From the NCBI GenBank assembly GCA_963662585.1, contig OY759729.1, positions 12,317 through 76,316 on the forward strand: a stretch of DNA of 64,000 nt. Reading direction: 5' to 3'. Position 1 is the stretch's first letter; every line of letters begins with the position of its first letter. The notes beneath the pieces were generated by a model. That model saw only the letters and a program-made list of their open reading frames with translations, was not told the origin of the DNA and made no database searches. This DNA comes from Candidatus Cloacimonadales bacterium. GTDB lineage: Bacteria; Cloacimonadota; Cloacimonadia; Cloacimonadales; JAFGVF01. The position numbers and the translations under genes were made by a program. This document shows, one piece after another, positions 18,169 through 28,011 of this stretch.

Positions 18169-19484
18169 TGAAAATACTAATAAAAAATAGTACAATTATT
18201 ACTTTAGATAAAAGTAATATGTTATTGCAAAATAGTAATATAGTTATAGAAGATAAATATATATCATACATAGGGAAGGATATATTAGCAGATTCAGAGT
18301 ATGATAGAGTAATTGATGGTGCTCACAAAATAGTTATGCCTGCTTATATTAATGCCCATACACATTTTTATAGTAGTTTTGCAAAAGGAATAGGAGGGAT
18401 TTCTCCTTCTGAAAATTTTGTCGAAGTACTAAACAATATGTGGTGGAAACTAGATAAAAAGTTACTTCTTGAGGATTGCTATTATAGTGCCTTAACGGCA
18501 ATTATGGATGGTGTAAAGAATGGCGTAACCACCTATATTGATCACCATGCAAGTCCTTATGCTGTAACCAATTCCTTACCTGAAATCGCCAAAGCAGTTG
18601 AAAGGATGGGAGTTAAAGCATCTCTTTGTTATGAAATTTCCGATCGGGATGGAGATGATATAAAGGATGCTGGTATTTTAGAGAATTTCTCTTTTATCGA
18701 AAATAATAAGAATCCAGACATAACAGGCTTAATAGGACTTCATGCTTCTTTTACTCTCTCAGATGAAACTCTTAAAGATATTGTAGCTAAAAACACTAAC
18801 AATTATGGCTACCATATTCATGTTTCAGAAGATAGAGCTGATGAGGCTGATGCAAATGAGAAGTATAATACTTCTGTAGTAGAGAGATTAGCTAAATTCG
18901 GAATTGTGAATAATCACTCTATTCTAGCTCATTGTGTTAATATCACAGAAAGTGATAGAGCTATTATTAGCGAGAATGACGCTATAGTAGTTCATAATCC
19001 TGAATCAAATTTGAATAATGCTGTTGGAATCAGTGATGTCTTAAATCAAGTAAATGATAATATTCTAGTTGGTTTAGGCACAGATGCCATGACAAATAAA
19101 ATGGGAAATGAAATGAGAATTGCTCTCTGGCTACAACATATTAAGCAGACTAATCCAAGCTGCGGTTTTATGGAGATTTCTTCTCTTTTATTAGAAAATA
19201 ATGCTAAGATTGCCAATAGATTATGGAATACACAAAAATTCGGAGTTCTTAAAGAAGGTAATTACGCAGACATAATTATGCTTGATTATGATCCAATTAC
19301 TCCTCTTAATCAAGATAATGTTTTAGGTCATATTGTTTTTGGTATTGCCGAAGCCAATGTAGCCACAACTATTTCTAATGGTAAAATCTTATGGCATAAT
19401 TATCAATTTGAAGATTTTATCGATCAACATCAAATTAACAAACATTCAAGAGAATTAGCAAAAAAATTATGGGAGAGAATGTAA
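18168..19484 (+). CDS. ssnA: SsnA-family aminohydrolase
   Basis: NAHTHFYSS, NMWWKLDK, IDHHASP, HVSED, HNPESN and GLGTD are collinear with E. coli SsnA. 438 aa. Confidence 0.85.
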   Translation: MKILIKNSTIITLDKSNMLLQNSNIVIEDKYISYIGKDILADSEYDRVIDGAHKIVMPAYINAHTHFYSSFAKGIGGISPSENFVEVLNNMWWKLDKKLLLEDCYYSALTAIMDGVKNGVTTYIDHHASPYAVTNSLPEIAKAVERMGVKASLCYEISDRDGDDIKDAGILENFSFIENNKNPDITGLIGLHASFTLSDETLKDIVAKNTNNYGYHIHVSEDRADEADANEKYNTSVVERLAKFGIVNNHSILAHCVNITESDRAIISENDAIVVHNPESNLNNAVGISDVLNQVNDNILVGLGTDAMTNKMGNEMRIALWLQHIKQTNPSCGFMEISSLLLENNAKIANRLWNTQKFGVLKEGNYADIIMLDYDPITPLNQDNVLGHIVFGIAEANVATTISNGKILWHNYQFEDFIDQHQINKHSRELAKKLWERM

Positions 19485-19485
19485 A

Positions 19486-20688
19486 ATGATAAGTTACGAA
19501 GCAATATTGAATAAATCAAAAGAGATTGAACCACAAATAGCAGATTTTTTAAGTAGATTAATTAAATGTAGATCACATTCAGGAACTGAAAAAGAAGTTG
19601 TTTTACTAATTAAATCAGAAATGGAAAAATTAAATTATGATGAAATACGAATTGATGCATTAGGCTCAATAATAGGTAGAATTGGCTCAGGTCCAAGGAT
19701 TATAGCCATTGATGCACATATTGATACTGTCTATGAAGGAAATCTGGCAAATTGGAATAAAGAACCATATAGTGGAGAAATTGATGATACTTATGTTTAT
19801 GGCCGAGGTACTTCTGACCAAAAAAGTGGATTAGCTTCAATGGTCTATGCTGGTTGGCTGATGAAGGAATATGATCTCTTAAATGATTTTACGGTTCTTA
19901 TTACAGGTACTGTAATGGAGGAAGATTGTGATGGAATAGCTTGGGAACATCTGATTTTAGAAGATGGTGTAAAGCCTGAATTAGTAATTAGTACAGAACC
20001 TACAAGTTGTAATATCTATCGTGGTCATCGTGGTAGAATGGAGATCTCTATTGAGGTTAAAGGTATCTCTTGTCATGGCTCAGCCCCTGAAAGAGGAGAT
20101 AATGCTATTTACAAGATGTCTCGTATTGCTTTAGAAATTGAAAAACTCAATGATAGATTGAAGCATGATGATTTCTTGGGTAAAGGTACAATCACTGTTT
20201 CTGTAATGAAATCAGACTCTCCTTCTCAATGTGCAGTTTCTGATTATGTCTATCTTCAATGTGATAGAAGATTAACAGATGGAGAAACAAAAGAAATTGC
20301 TGTTAAGGAGTTAAAAGAATGTTGCCGTTTAGCAGGTTATCCTGAAGCAGAAGTGAAAGTATTGGAATACAAAGAGAAAGCATATACTGGTAAGATTTAT
20401 CCAGTAGAGAAATACTATCCTACTTGGGTATTAAATGAAGATTCTAAGTATTTAAAAGTTGCCAAGAAAGGATTTTCTTCTATATTTAATAAAGAGCCAC
20501 TTATTGATAAGTGGACATTTAGTACTAACTGTGTGTTCATTATGGGTAAACATCCTGAAATCAAATGTTTAGGATTCGGACCTGGTGATGAAGATCAAGC
20601 ACATGCACCTAACGAAAAGGTGAAGAGAGAAGATTTATGGAAGGCAACAGCTTTCTATACATCATTCATTAAAACGCTTAAGGAGTAA
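19486..20688 (+). CDS. ygeY: YgeY-family M20 peptidase/deacylase
   Basis: M20 motifs AHIDTV, GRGTSDQK and EEDCDG. 400 aa. Located in the ssnA/ygeW context. Confidence 0.75.
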   Translation: MISYEAILNKSKEIEPQIADFLSRLIKCRSHSGTEKEVVLLIKSEMEKLNYDEIRIDALGSIIGRIGSGPRIIAIDAHIDTVYEGNLANWNKEPYSGEIDDTYVYGRGTSDQKSGLASMVYAGWLMKEYDLLNDFTVLITGTVMEEDCDGIAWEHLILEDGVKPELVISTEPTSCNIYRGHRGRMEISIEVKGISCHGSAPERGDNAIYKMSRIALEIEKLNDRLKHDDFLGKGTITVSVMKSDSPSQCAVSDYVYLQCDRRLTDGETKEIAVKELKECCRLAGYPEAEVKVLEYKEKAYTGKIYPVEKYYPTWVLNEDSKYLKVAKKGFSSIFNKEPLIDKWTFSTNCVFIMGKHPEIKCLGFGPGDEDQAHAPNEKVKREDLWKATAFYTSFIKTLKE

Positions 20689-20693
20689 AAATT

Positions 20694-21551
20694 ATGAAGA
20701 AAATACTGATTATTGTTATTATCGGAGTACTATTTAGTACATTAGTAGCTCAGGAGAAATGGGAATACTCATTTGATGTTAAAGGAACACTAAGTCAAAG
20801 TTATTATACTGATAACTGGGATGGGGAAGAGGAATCTAATATCAATTGGTTATTACAAGGGAATATGACTGCTAATAAACAATTGCTAGATTGGTTTAGA
20901 TCAATGAATACTTTAAAATTAAAGTTTGGACAAATCTATGATACTGACACAAATGCCGATGGCTCACAAGCTCCTGGATGGCAAGAAGCAAGAAAGTCTG
21001 ATGATGAAATTGATCTCTTGTCTTTGGGACTTCTAACTTTTGATGGTTGGGTAGATCCTTATGTATCATTAAGACTGCAAACTGTTTTTGAAGGAACTAA
21101 TAAAAGAGCTTTTGACCCTGCTCGTTTCTCTCAAGGTATTGGTGCTTCAAAAATAATATTTGAAGAACAAAGACTTGGATTAAACACTCGTGCTGGTCTT
21201 AGCATGAGAGAAAATTATCAATATGGTATTGCCCCACTTATTGATGGTGGTTTTGAATCTATCACAGAATTTATGTGGGTTTGCCCTTATGACAGATCAA
21301 AATTCACTTCTAACCTCTTTCTTTTCCAAGCAATATTTAACTCTGAGGAAGATAACTTAGTTGATGTTAATGGTGATAAAATTGATGATTGGAAACAGTT
21401 AGATATTGAATGGACTAATGAATTAAGTATTCAATTATACAAGTATCTATCATTCAATGTTTATACTCAACTTCTCTACGATAAAGAGATTGATTACTCT
21501 GGAAGATTTAAACAAACCTCTGGATTGTCATTAACCTATAAATTATTCTAA
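20694..21551 (+). CDS. putative outer-membrane beta-barrel protein
   Basis: N-terminal signal peptide MKKILIIVIIGVLFSTLVAQ; alternating-polarity strands; C-terminal ...LTYKLF ending in Phe (OMP beta-signal). Confidence 0.5.
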   Translation: MKKILIIVIIGVLFSTLVAQEKWEYSFDVKGTLSQSYYTDNWDGEEESNINWLLQGNMTANKQLLDWFRSMNTLKLKFGQIYDTDTNADGSQAPGWQEARKSDDEIDLLSLGLLTFDGWVDPYVSLRLQTVFEGTNKRAFDPARFSQGIGASKIIFEEQRLGLNTRAGLSMRENYQYGIAPLIDGGFESITEFMWVCPYDRSKFTSNLFLFQAIFNSEEDNLVDVNGDKIDDWKQLDIEWTNELSIQLYKYLSFNVYTQLLYDKEIDYSGRFKQTSGLSLTYKLF

Positions 21552-21585
21552 TTTAATTGACAGGTAATTAAATTAAATTATATTT

Positions 21586-21613
21586 GATTGAGGACTTAAT
21601 TAAGTCCTCAATC
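21586..21613 (+). terminator. putative intrinsic terminator
   Basis: Perfect 28-nt palindrome GATTGAGGACTTAATTAAGTCCTCAATC followed by TTCTTT. Confidence 0.5.
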
Positions 21614-21653
21614 TTCTTTAAAATAGAAAATAAAACTTAGCAATGAAGGTGAT

Positions 21654-22802
21654 ATGAGATATACTTGTACTAATTGTGGTAAAGATTTTAGTATTGATGA
21701 AATTAACTATTTATGCGATGTTTGTGGTAAAGATTGGATACCAGGAAATAAATTGACTGGTATTCTCCAAATAGAATATAATAATAATGATAGAATAACT
21801 ATTCATAAAGACCTAGATATAAAGAACTTTTTCCCTTTTGAACGACAAGACTTACCAAACATTCCTGTAGGCAATACTCCTTTCTATTATGCTGAAAAAT
21901 TAAGTACAAATAACAATTTAAATCTTTGGATAAAAAACGATACAGTAAATCCCACTGGTTCTTTTAAAGATAGAGCCTCTTACTGGGTAGTAGCCCAGGC
22001 TAAACATCATAATGTCGATAGTATTGTTTGTGCTTCTACCGGTAACGCAGGAAGTTCCCTTGCAGGAATCTGTGCAGCAACTGATATTAAAGCTAAGATA
22101 TTTATTCCTGCTAAAGCTCCCCTAGGAAAGAGAGCACAAAATATTGCTTATGGTGCAGACTTAGAGCTTGTTAATGGCACTTACGACGACGCTTATGAAC
22201 TATCCATTGATTATTCCCAGAAGCATGGTATTATAAATCGTAATACAGGCTATAATCCCATTACAATTGAAGGGAAAAAAAGTGTTGCTGTAGAAATTTA
22301 TCAACAAAACAACTTCAAAGTACCAGATTATATTGTTATCCCTGTCGGCGATGGAGTTATACTTTCTGGAGTCTTTAAAGGTTTTCAAGACTTAAGAAAT
22401 TTAGGTTTCACTACTACCCTTCCTAAGCTCATTGGAGTTCAAAGTAGCAAATCTAATGCGATTTATACTTATTGGAAGTCTGGAGAATATAGAGTATTAA
22501 GCAAAGCTGATACTATTGCTGACTCTATCTCTGTAAAAAATCCTGCTTGTGCAGATCTTGCTGTGAAGGCAATTAAGGAGAGTAAGGGATTTATGTTAGA
22601 AGTTGATGACTCCAAGATTGTTAGTTATCAATTAGAAATAGCTAGGAATAGTGGCATCTTTTGCGAACCTTCATCAGCAGTTGTAGCTGAAATATTATAT
22701 AATAAAAATCTTTTTGAAAATGATAAACAAGTAGTACTGCTCCTTACAGGGCATGGACTTAAAGACATTAATTCAATTTTGAATTACAAGGGAGAGAAAT
22801 GA
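21654..22802 (+). CDS. threonine synthase-like PLP-dependent (fold type II) enzyme with N-terminal zinc ribbon
   Basis: CTNCG..x..CDVCG Cys4 ribbon; PLP-lysine motif GSFKDRAS; ASTGNAG. Confidence 0.6.
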   Translation: MRYTCTNCGKDFSIDEINYLCDVCGKDWIPGNKLTGILQIEYNNNDRITIHKDLDIKNFFPFERQDLPNIPVGNTPFYYAEKLSTNNNLNLWIKNDTVNPTGSFKDRASYWVVAQAKHHNVDSIVCASTGNAGSSLAGICAATDIKAKIFIPAKAPLGKRAQNIAYGADLELVNGTYDDAYELSIDYSQKHGIINRNTGYNPITIEGKKSVAVEIYQQNNFKVPDYIVIPVGDGVILSGVFKGFQDLRNLGFTTTLPKLIGVQSSKSNAIYTYWKSGEYRVLSKADTIADSISVKNPACADLAVKAIKESKGFMLEVDDSKIVSYQLEIARNSGIFCEPSSAVVAEILYNKNLFENDKQVVLLLTGHGLKDINSILNYKGEK

Positions 22803-24124
22803 AATTATTAAAAAACTGTAGTCTAATCATTGATGATAATATCGTAAATCAAGATATCTTATTAGATGCAGATACGATAGTGAAAATTTCGGATAATATA
22901 CAAAAAGAAAACAACTGGGAAGTTGTTGATATAGATTTTAAATTTGTTCTTCCTGGATTTATAGACTTTCATGTTCATCTTGATGATGACATAAACGGAT
23001 TTCCAATTGCGGATACTTATGATTCAGGTACTCGGGTGGCATTAAAGAATGGAATTACTACTTTGTTTAGTTTTATTACCCAGCGAGAAGGAGAGACTTT
23101 AAGAGATGCAGTAAATAGAACGCATAAAAAAGCCGATGGTAATCTATGGTGTGATGTCGGCTGGCATCTTACTCCAACAACTTTTGATGAGAAGAGTCAT
23201 GAGATAATCTCTGAATTGATTGATGAAGGCTTTAGTTCCTTTAAACTATATACAACTTATAAAAAAGCTGGTATCTATAGTTCTTATTATCAAATTGAAG
23301 AGTTTGCTAAAAAATATGTAGATAAGCAAATATTAATATTAACTCATTGTGAAGATGATGATTTGATAAAGTCTAAAGCAATTCGATCAAATAACAAAGT
23401 TTTACTAAATCTTGTTAGAGTTCGTTCAAAAACAGTTGAATTGACAGCAGTTAATAAAATTTTAAGAATCGCCAGACAAACAGGGGCTCATTTTCACATA
23501 GTTCATGTCTCAACTTCAGAGGCAATGGAAGTAATTAATAGGCTTAAGTACCAGAGTTTCGTAAGTTGTGAAACATGTCCTCAATACTTCTTTTTAGATA
23601 ATACAAATTACTTGCAACCTAATGGTGAACAATATATCTGTGCTCCTCCACTAAGAGATAAGGAAAATAATGAAAATCTTATACAAGGCTTCCGTTTGAA
23701 TTATTTTAATATTATAGCTTCTGATCATTGTCCTTTCACCATTAATCAAAAGCTCATTGGAAGAAGATTTTATGAGAAAGCTCCAGGAGGATTGGATGGT
23801 TTAGATTTTCTCCCTTATTTAACATCTAATCTATTTGAAAGAACTTTTGATAAGGCAAAATATCTACAACAAAAACTTTCAACAGAGCCTGCTAGATTAG
23901 CAGGCTTATACCCTGAAAAAGGAGTCATTAAGGAAGGTTCAATAGCCGATCTTGTTGTGGTTGACTTTGACAAAGAGCACTATATTGCAGGTAGAGAAGG
24001 GATTTTCAATCCATACGAAAAAGTACTTACCAGTCTAACTATTTCGAAGGTTATGAAAAGCGGAGAATTTGTAGTTAACGAAGGTGAGTTCTTAATAAAT
24101 ATACCAACAGGGACTAAATTATGA
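22799..24124 (+). CDS. hydantoinase/dihydropyrimidinase-family cyclic amidohydrolase (HyuA-like)
   Basis: PGFIDFHVHL; FKLY (carboxylated Lys region); HVSTSEA; ASDHCPF. Confidence 0.7.
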   Translation: MKLLKNCSLIIDDNIVNQDILLDADTIVKISDNIQKENNWEVVDIDFKFVLPGFIDFHVHLDDDINGFPIADTYDSGTRVALKNGITTLFSFITQREGETLRDAVNRTHKKADGNLWCDVGWHLTPTTFDEKSHEIISELIDEGFSSFKLYTTYKKAGIYSSYYQIEEFAKKYVDKQILILTHCEDDDLIKSKAIRSNNKVLLNLVRVRSKTVELTAVNKILRIARQTGAHFHIVHVSTSEAMEVINRLKYQSFVSCETCPQYFFLDNTNYLQPNGEQYICAPPLRDKENNENLIQGFRLNYFNIIASDHCPFTINQKLIGRRFYEKAPGGLDGLDFLPYLTSNLFERTFDKAKYLQQKLSTEPARLAGLYPEKGVIKEGSIADLVVVDFDKEHYIAGREGIFNPYEKVLTSLTISKVMKSGEFVVNEGEFLINIPTGTKL

Positions 24125-26361
24125 ACAAGTGGAGAAATGATGGTATAGCAAAGGTTACCGGTAAAGCTAAATACGCTGATGATATCAAGTTTTATGATAT
24201 GCTCCATTGTGTGCCTGTATATACAAATGAGGTTCACGCAGAGATCCTTAAAATAGATACTTCACAAGCCTTGATTAGTGAAGGGGTAGTCAGGATAATA
24301 ACTGCCAAGGATATTCCTGGAGTAAAGAAGTTTGGCCAAATCAGGAAAGATTATTCTTTAATTGCTGAAGATAAAATTCGCTATGAAGGCGATGTTATAG
24401 CTTTAGTTGTAGCTGATACTTTAGAAAATGCTCTAAAGGCTGTTCCCAAAATTAAAGCAGAATTTAAGAAACTCAAGACTCTGCTATCACCAGAAGATGC
24501 AAGTAATGATGAAATTTTAATTCATGATGTTTATGGCTCTAATCTCATAAATCACCATAAAGTAAGAAAAGGCAATGCTGAAAAGGGTTTTTCAGAATGT
24601 GATTTAATTTTTGAAGATAAATATGAGACTAATTTTGTTGAGCATGGTTATTTAGAACCTGAATCAGCAGTTTGCCAAGTCAGAGATGATGGTGTTATAG
24701 AAGTCTTTGGTTCGATGCAACATCCATTTAGTACAAGAAGATTTACTGCTGCCCTACTTGGTAAAAAACTTTCGGAAGTAGAAGTTATCACAATTCCTAT
24801 GGGTGGAGGTTTTGGTGGCAAAGATGATACAGCAGCTATTGTTTGTGCTCGAACAGCTTTAGCAGCTTACTTATGTAAAAAGCCTGTAAAAATGACTTAT
24901 ACTCGCGAATGGTCAATGAAAGAGAGTTATAAAAGACATCCGTATAAAATGGACTACAAAGTTGGTATCAAAAATGGTAAAATTCATGCTCTCGAGTGTA
25001 ATATTATTGCCGATGGAGGAGCTTATACTTCTGTTTCACCTTGGGTAACTTGGAGATCAACAGTACAATGTGGAGGACCTTATGTGATTCCAAATGTTCA
25101 CACTGATGTCAAAGCATATTATACAAACAATGTTTATACAGGAGCTTTTAGAGGTTTTGGATCTCCTCAAGTTAATTTTGCCATAGAACAAATTATTGAA
25201 GATATTGCAGAAAAACTCAAGATTGATCCAATTACTTTCAGGCAAAATAATATGCTCAGACAGAATTCTATAACTGTCTCTCAACAGAAATTAGATAATC
25301 ACATTGTCTCTTTAGATCAAGTACTTGAGAAGGTAATTAAAGAAAGCGATTATTATAATAAACTAAAAAAATGTACTTATGGCGATAATGATAGTCCAAA
25401 GCAATATGGAATAGGTTTAGCAATGTCCTACAGAGGCTGTAGTTTAGGAGCAGAAGGCAAGGATTTTACCTCTGCAATAATAAATGTCCAATTTGATGGT
25501 TCTATACTCTTAGAAGTATCAATTCATGAGAATGGGCAAGGTTCTGAAACAGCTATGATAAATATTCTTGCTAAAGAAATAGGTGTGCCAATTTCTAAAA
25601 TACGCTATCGTCGCTCTTCAACCTCACAGATTCCTGATGGTGGTACAACAGTAGCTTCTCGTGGAACATTAATGGGTGGGGGTGCATTAATGGATGCGAT
25701 AAAAAACCTTAAACTAATTATTAATAAGATTATAGCTGATGATTTAAAATGCAAAGCTGAAGAAATCATCTATCAAGACAATCAGCTTTTTGCTCCTTCA
25801 GGGGAAAGTATAACTTGGGAAAAAGCTATAGGGATTTTATATCAAAACTGTACATATCCTTATGCTTTTGGCAGTTTTGAAGCACCTCCTGTAACTTGGG
25901 ATGAAGAATGTGGAGCAGGTAAAGCCTATTTCACTTATGTCTATAGTGCTCAAGTAGCTGAAATAGAAATTGATGTTAAAAGTAAAAAATTAAAAGTAGT
26001 AAATATTTATGCAGTACATGACATTGGAAAGGCTATCAAATCAGGACTTTTATCAGGTCAAATATATGGCGGAATTGTTCAAGGTTTAGGTATGGCTCTT
26101 AAAGAGAATTTAATTATTAAAGAAGGCCATTTAATTACCGATAATTTCCACAACTATAGAATATATCGTGCCAATGAGTTACCAAGGATTCATGACTTCA
26201 TTATTGAAAATCCGGATCCAAATACTCCTTCAGGTGCTAAAGGAATAGGAGAGCCTGCTTTAGAAATAATTTCGCCTGCTATAGCGAATGCAATTTATAG
26301 AGCAACTGGAAAAAGAATGAAGAAGTTACCGATGTTAGTGGAGGATATATGCAAGCAATAG
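24121..26361 (+). CDS. second xanthine dehydrogenase-family molybdopterin subunit
   Basis: MGGGFGGKDD, FRGFGSPQ and GIGEPA motifs. 746 aa. Confidence 0.8.
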   Translation: MNKWRNDGIAKVTGKAKYADDIKFYDMLHCVPVYTNEVHAEILKIDTSQALISEGVVRIITAKDIPGVKKFGQIRKDYSLIAEDKIRYEGDVIALVVADTLENALKAVPKIKAEFKKLKTLLSPEDASNDEILIHDVYGSNLINHHKVRKGNAEKGFSECDLIFEDKYETNFVEHGYLEPESAVCQVRDDGVIEVFGSMQHPFSTRRFTAALLGKKLSEVEVITIPMGGGFGGKDDTAAIVCARTALAAYLCKKPVKMTYTREWSMKESYKRHPYKMDYKVGIKNGKIHALECNIIADGGAYTSVSPWVTWRSTVQCGGPYVIPNVHTDVKAYYTNNVYTGAFRGFGSPQVNFAIEQIIEDIAEKLKIDPITFRQNNMLRQNSITVSQQKLDNHIVSLDQVLEKVIKESDYYNKLKKCTYGDNDSPKQYGIGLAMSYRGCSLGAEGKDFTSAIINVQFDGSILLEVSIHENGQGSETAMINILAKEIGVPISKIRYRRSSTSQIPDGGTTVASRGTLMGGGALMDAIKNLKLIINKIIADDLKCKAEEIIYQDNQLFAPSGESITWEKAIGILYQNCTYPYAFGSFEAPPVTWDEECGAGKAYFTYVYSAQVAEIEIDVKSKKLKVVNIYAVHDIGKAIKSGLLSGQIYGGIVQGLGMALKENLIIKEGHLITDNFHNYRIYRANELPRIHDFIIENPDPNTPSGAKGIGEPALEIISPAIANAIYRATGKRMKKLPMLVEDICKQ

Positions 26362-26807
26362 TTAATGGAAATAAAATTGAATTGAAAGAAAAAGATTTAG
26401 ATAAACAGCTTCTTGAATTTATTAGAGAAGATTTAAACCTCACTGGCACCAAAAATGGGTGTAATATTGGTGTATGTGGTGCTTGTACTGTCTTGATCAA
26501 CAATGAAGTGCAAAGATCATGTAAGTTAAAAGTCAAAGACATAATTGATAAAGAGTTATTAACAATAGAAGGTATGACACAAAATGAAGAGTTACATCCC
26601 TTGCAAAAATCATTTTTGGATCACGATGCCGTGCAATGTGGTTTTTGTACCCCAGGTATGGTGTTAAGTGGTCATGCCTTATTACTTAAAAATTCTAATC
26701 CAACTGAAGCTGAAGTAAGAGATGCCATTAAAATTAATCTTTGTAGATGCACAGGTTATCAACAGATTGTAGATTCTATACTTGCAGCTAAAGAATTCTA
26801 TAAATAG
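26349..26807 (+). CDS. [2Fe-2S] small subunit of molybdenum hydroxylase
   Basis: CNIGVCGAC, CGFCTPG and NLCRCTGY. 152 aa. Confidence 0.85.
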   Translation: MQAIVNGNKIELKEKDLDKQLLEFIREDLNLTGTKNGCNIGVCGACTVLINNEVQRSCKLKVKDIIDKELLTIEGMTQNEELHPLQKSFLDHDAVQCGFCTPGMVLSGHALLLKNSNPTEAEVRDAIKINLCRCTGYQQIVDSILAAKEFYK

Positions 26808-26815
26808 GAGTATTT

Positions 26816-28003
26816 ATGAGAGAAAATACCACACAATTGTTTGAAAAAATAATGAACTTTAATTTTGATAATTATGGAAGAAATTTCCTCTTAACTAAAG
26901 ATAAAAGTTTTAACCATATACAAGCAACAATTTTACTAGCCAATTGGTTGAAATTGATTCATCAAAATCACAAATCATTTAGAGTGTTTGATAATGGTTT
27001 GGCAATTTCAATTTTTAGAGATAATTCCACTAGAACAAGATTTAGTTATTCCTCGGCAGCTCACGCTCTTGGCTTGGGTGTTCAAGATCTTGATGAGGTT
27101 AAATCACAAATTGCTCATGGTGAAACAGTAAGAGAAACTGCCAATATGATCTCTTTTTTAGCAGAGATGATTGGTATAAGAGATGATATGTATCTTGGTG
27201 AAGGACATACCTATATGAAAGAAGTATCTGATGCTTTAGATTTAGGCTATGAAGAAGGAGTTCTGCACCAAAGACCAGGCTTGATTAATCTTCAATGCGA
27301 TATTGACCATCCTACCCAATCTATGGCTGACCTATGCAAATTAAGAGACTATTTTGGAGGATTTGATAAGCTTAAAGGTAAAAAAGTAGCTATGACTTGG
27401 GCTTATTCACCAAGTTATGGAAAACCACTTTCTGTGCCACAAGGTATCATTACCCTTCTTCCTCGCTTAGGAATGGATGTCGTTTTAGCACATCCAGAAG
27501 GATATAATCTCCTTGATGAAGAAGTTAATTATGCAAAGCAAGCAGCTTCTGAAAATAATGGTAGCTTTACAATCACTAATTCTATGGAAGATGCTTTTAA
27601 AGGTGCAGATATTGTTTATCCAAAATCTTGGGCACCTATGCAAGTTATGCAAGAGAGAACTGAACTTCTTATGGCCAAAGATAAGGCAGGTTTAGAGAAT
27701 TTAGAACATAGATGTCTAGAAAACAACAAGAAATATATTAATTGGGAATGTGATAGAGATAAAATGAACTTAACCAAAGATAAAAAAGCTCTCTATATGC
27801 ATTGTTTACCTGCTGATATAACGGATGTTAGCTGTGCACAAGGTGAAGTCTCAAAAGAAGTCTTTGAAGAATACAGAAGAGAAACTTATCATCAAGCAAG
27901 TTTTAAACCTTTTGTGATTGCAGCAATGGGAATTCTCACCAGATTTGATTCACCAGGACAAATAATCAGTAAAATACAAAACAATTTAAACTATCGTTTT
28001 TAG
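26816..28003 (+). CDS. ygeW: YgeW-family carbamoyltransferase
   Basis: STRTR carbamoyl-phosphate motif (DNSTRTRFS); HPTQ; HCLP. 395 aa, the same size class as E. coli YgeW. Confidence 0.8.
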   Translation: MRENTTQLFEKIMNFNFDNYGRNFLLTKDKSFNHIQATILLANWLKLIHQNHKSFRVFDNGLAISIFRDNSTRTRFSYSSAAHALGLGVQDLDEVKSQIAHGETVRETANMISFLAEMIGIRDDMYLGEGHTYMKEVSDALDLGYEEGVLHQRPGLINLQCDIDHPTQSMADLCKLRDYFGGFDKLKGKKVAMTWAYSPSYGKPLSVPQGIITLLPRLGMDVVLAHPEGYNLLDEEVNYAKQAASENNGSFTITNSMEDAFKGADIVYPKSWAPMQVMQERTELLMAKDKAGLENLEHRCLENNKKYINWECDRDKMNLTKDKKALYMHCLPADITDVSCAQGEVSKEVFEEYRRETYHQASFKPFVIAAMGILTRFDSPGQIISKIQNNLNYRF

Positions 28004-28011
28004 GAGACTAA

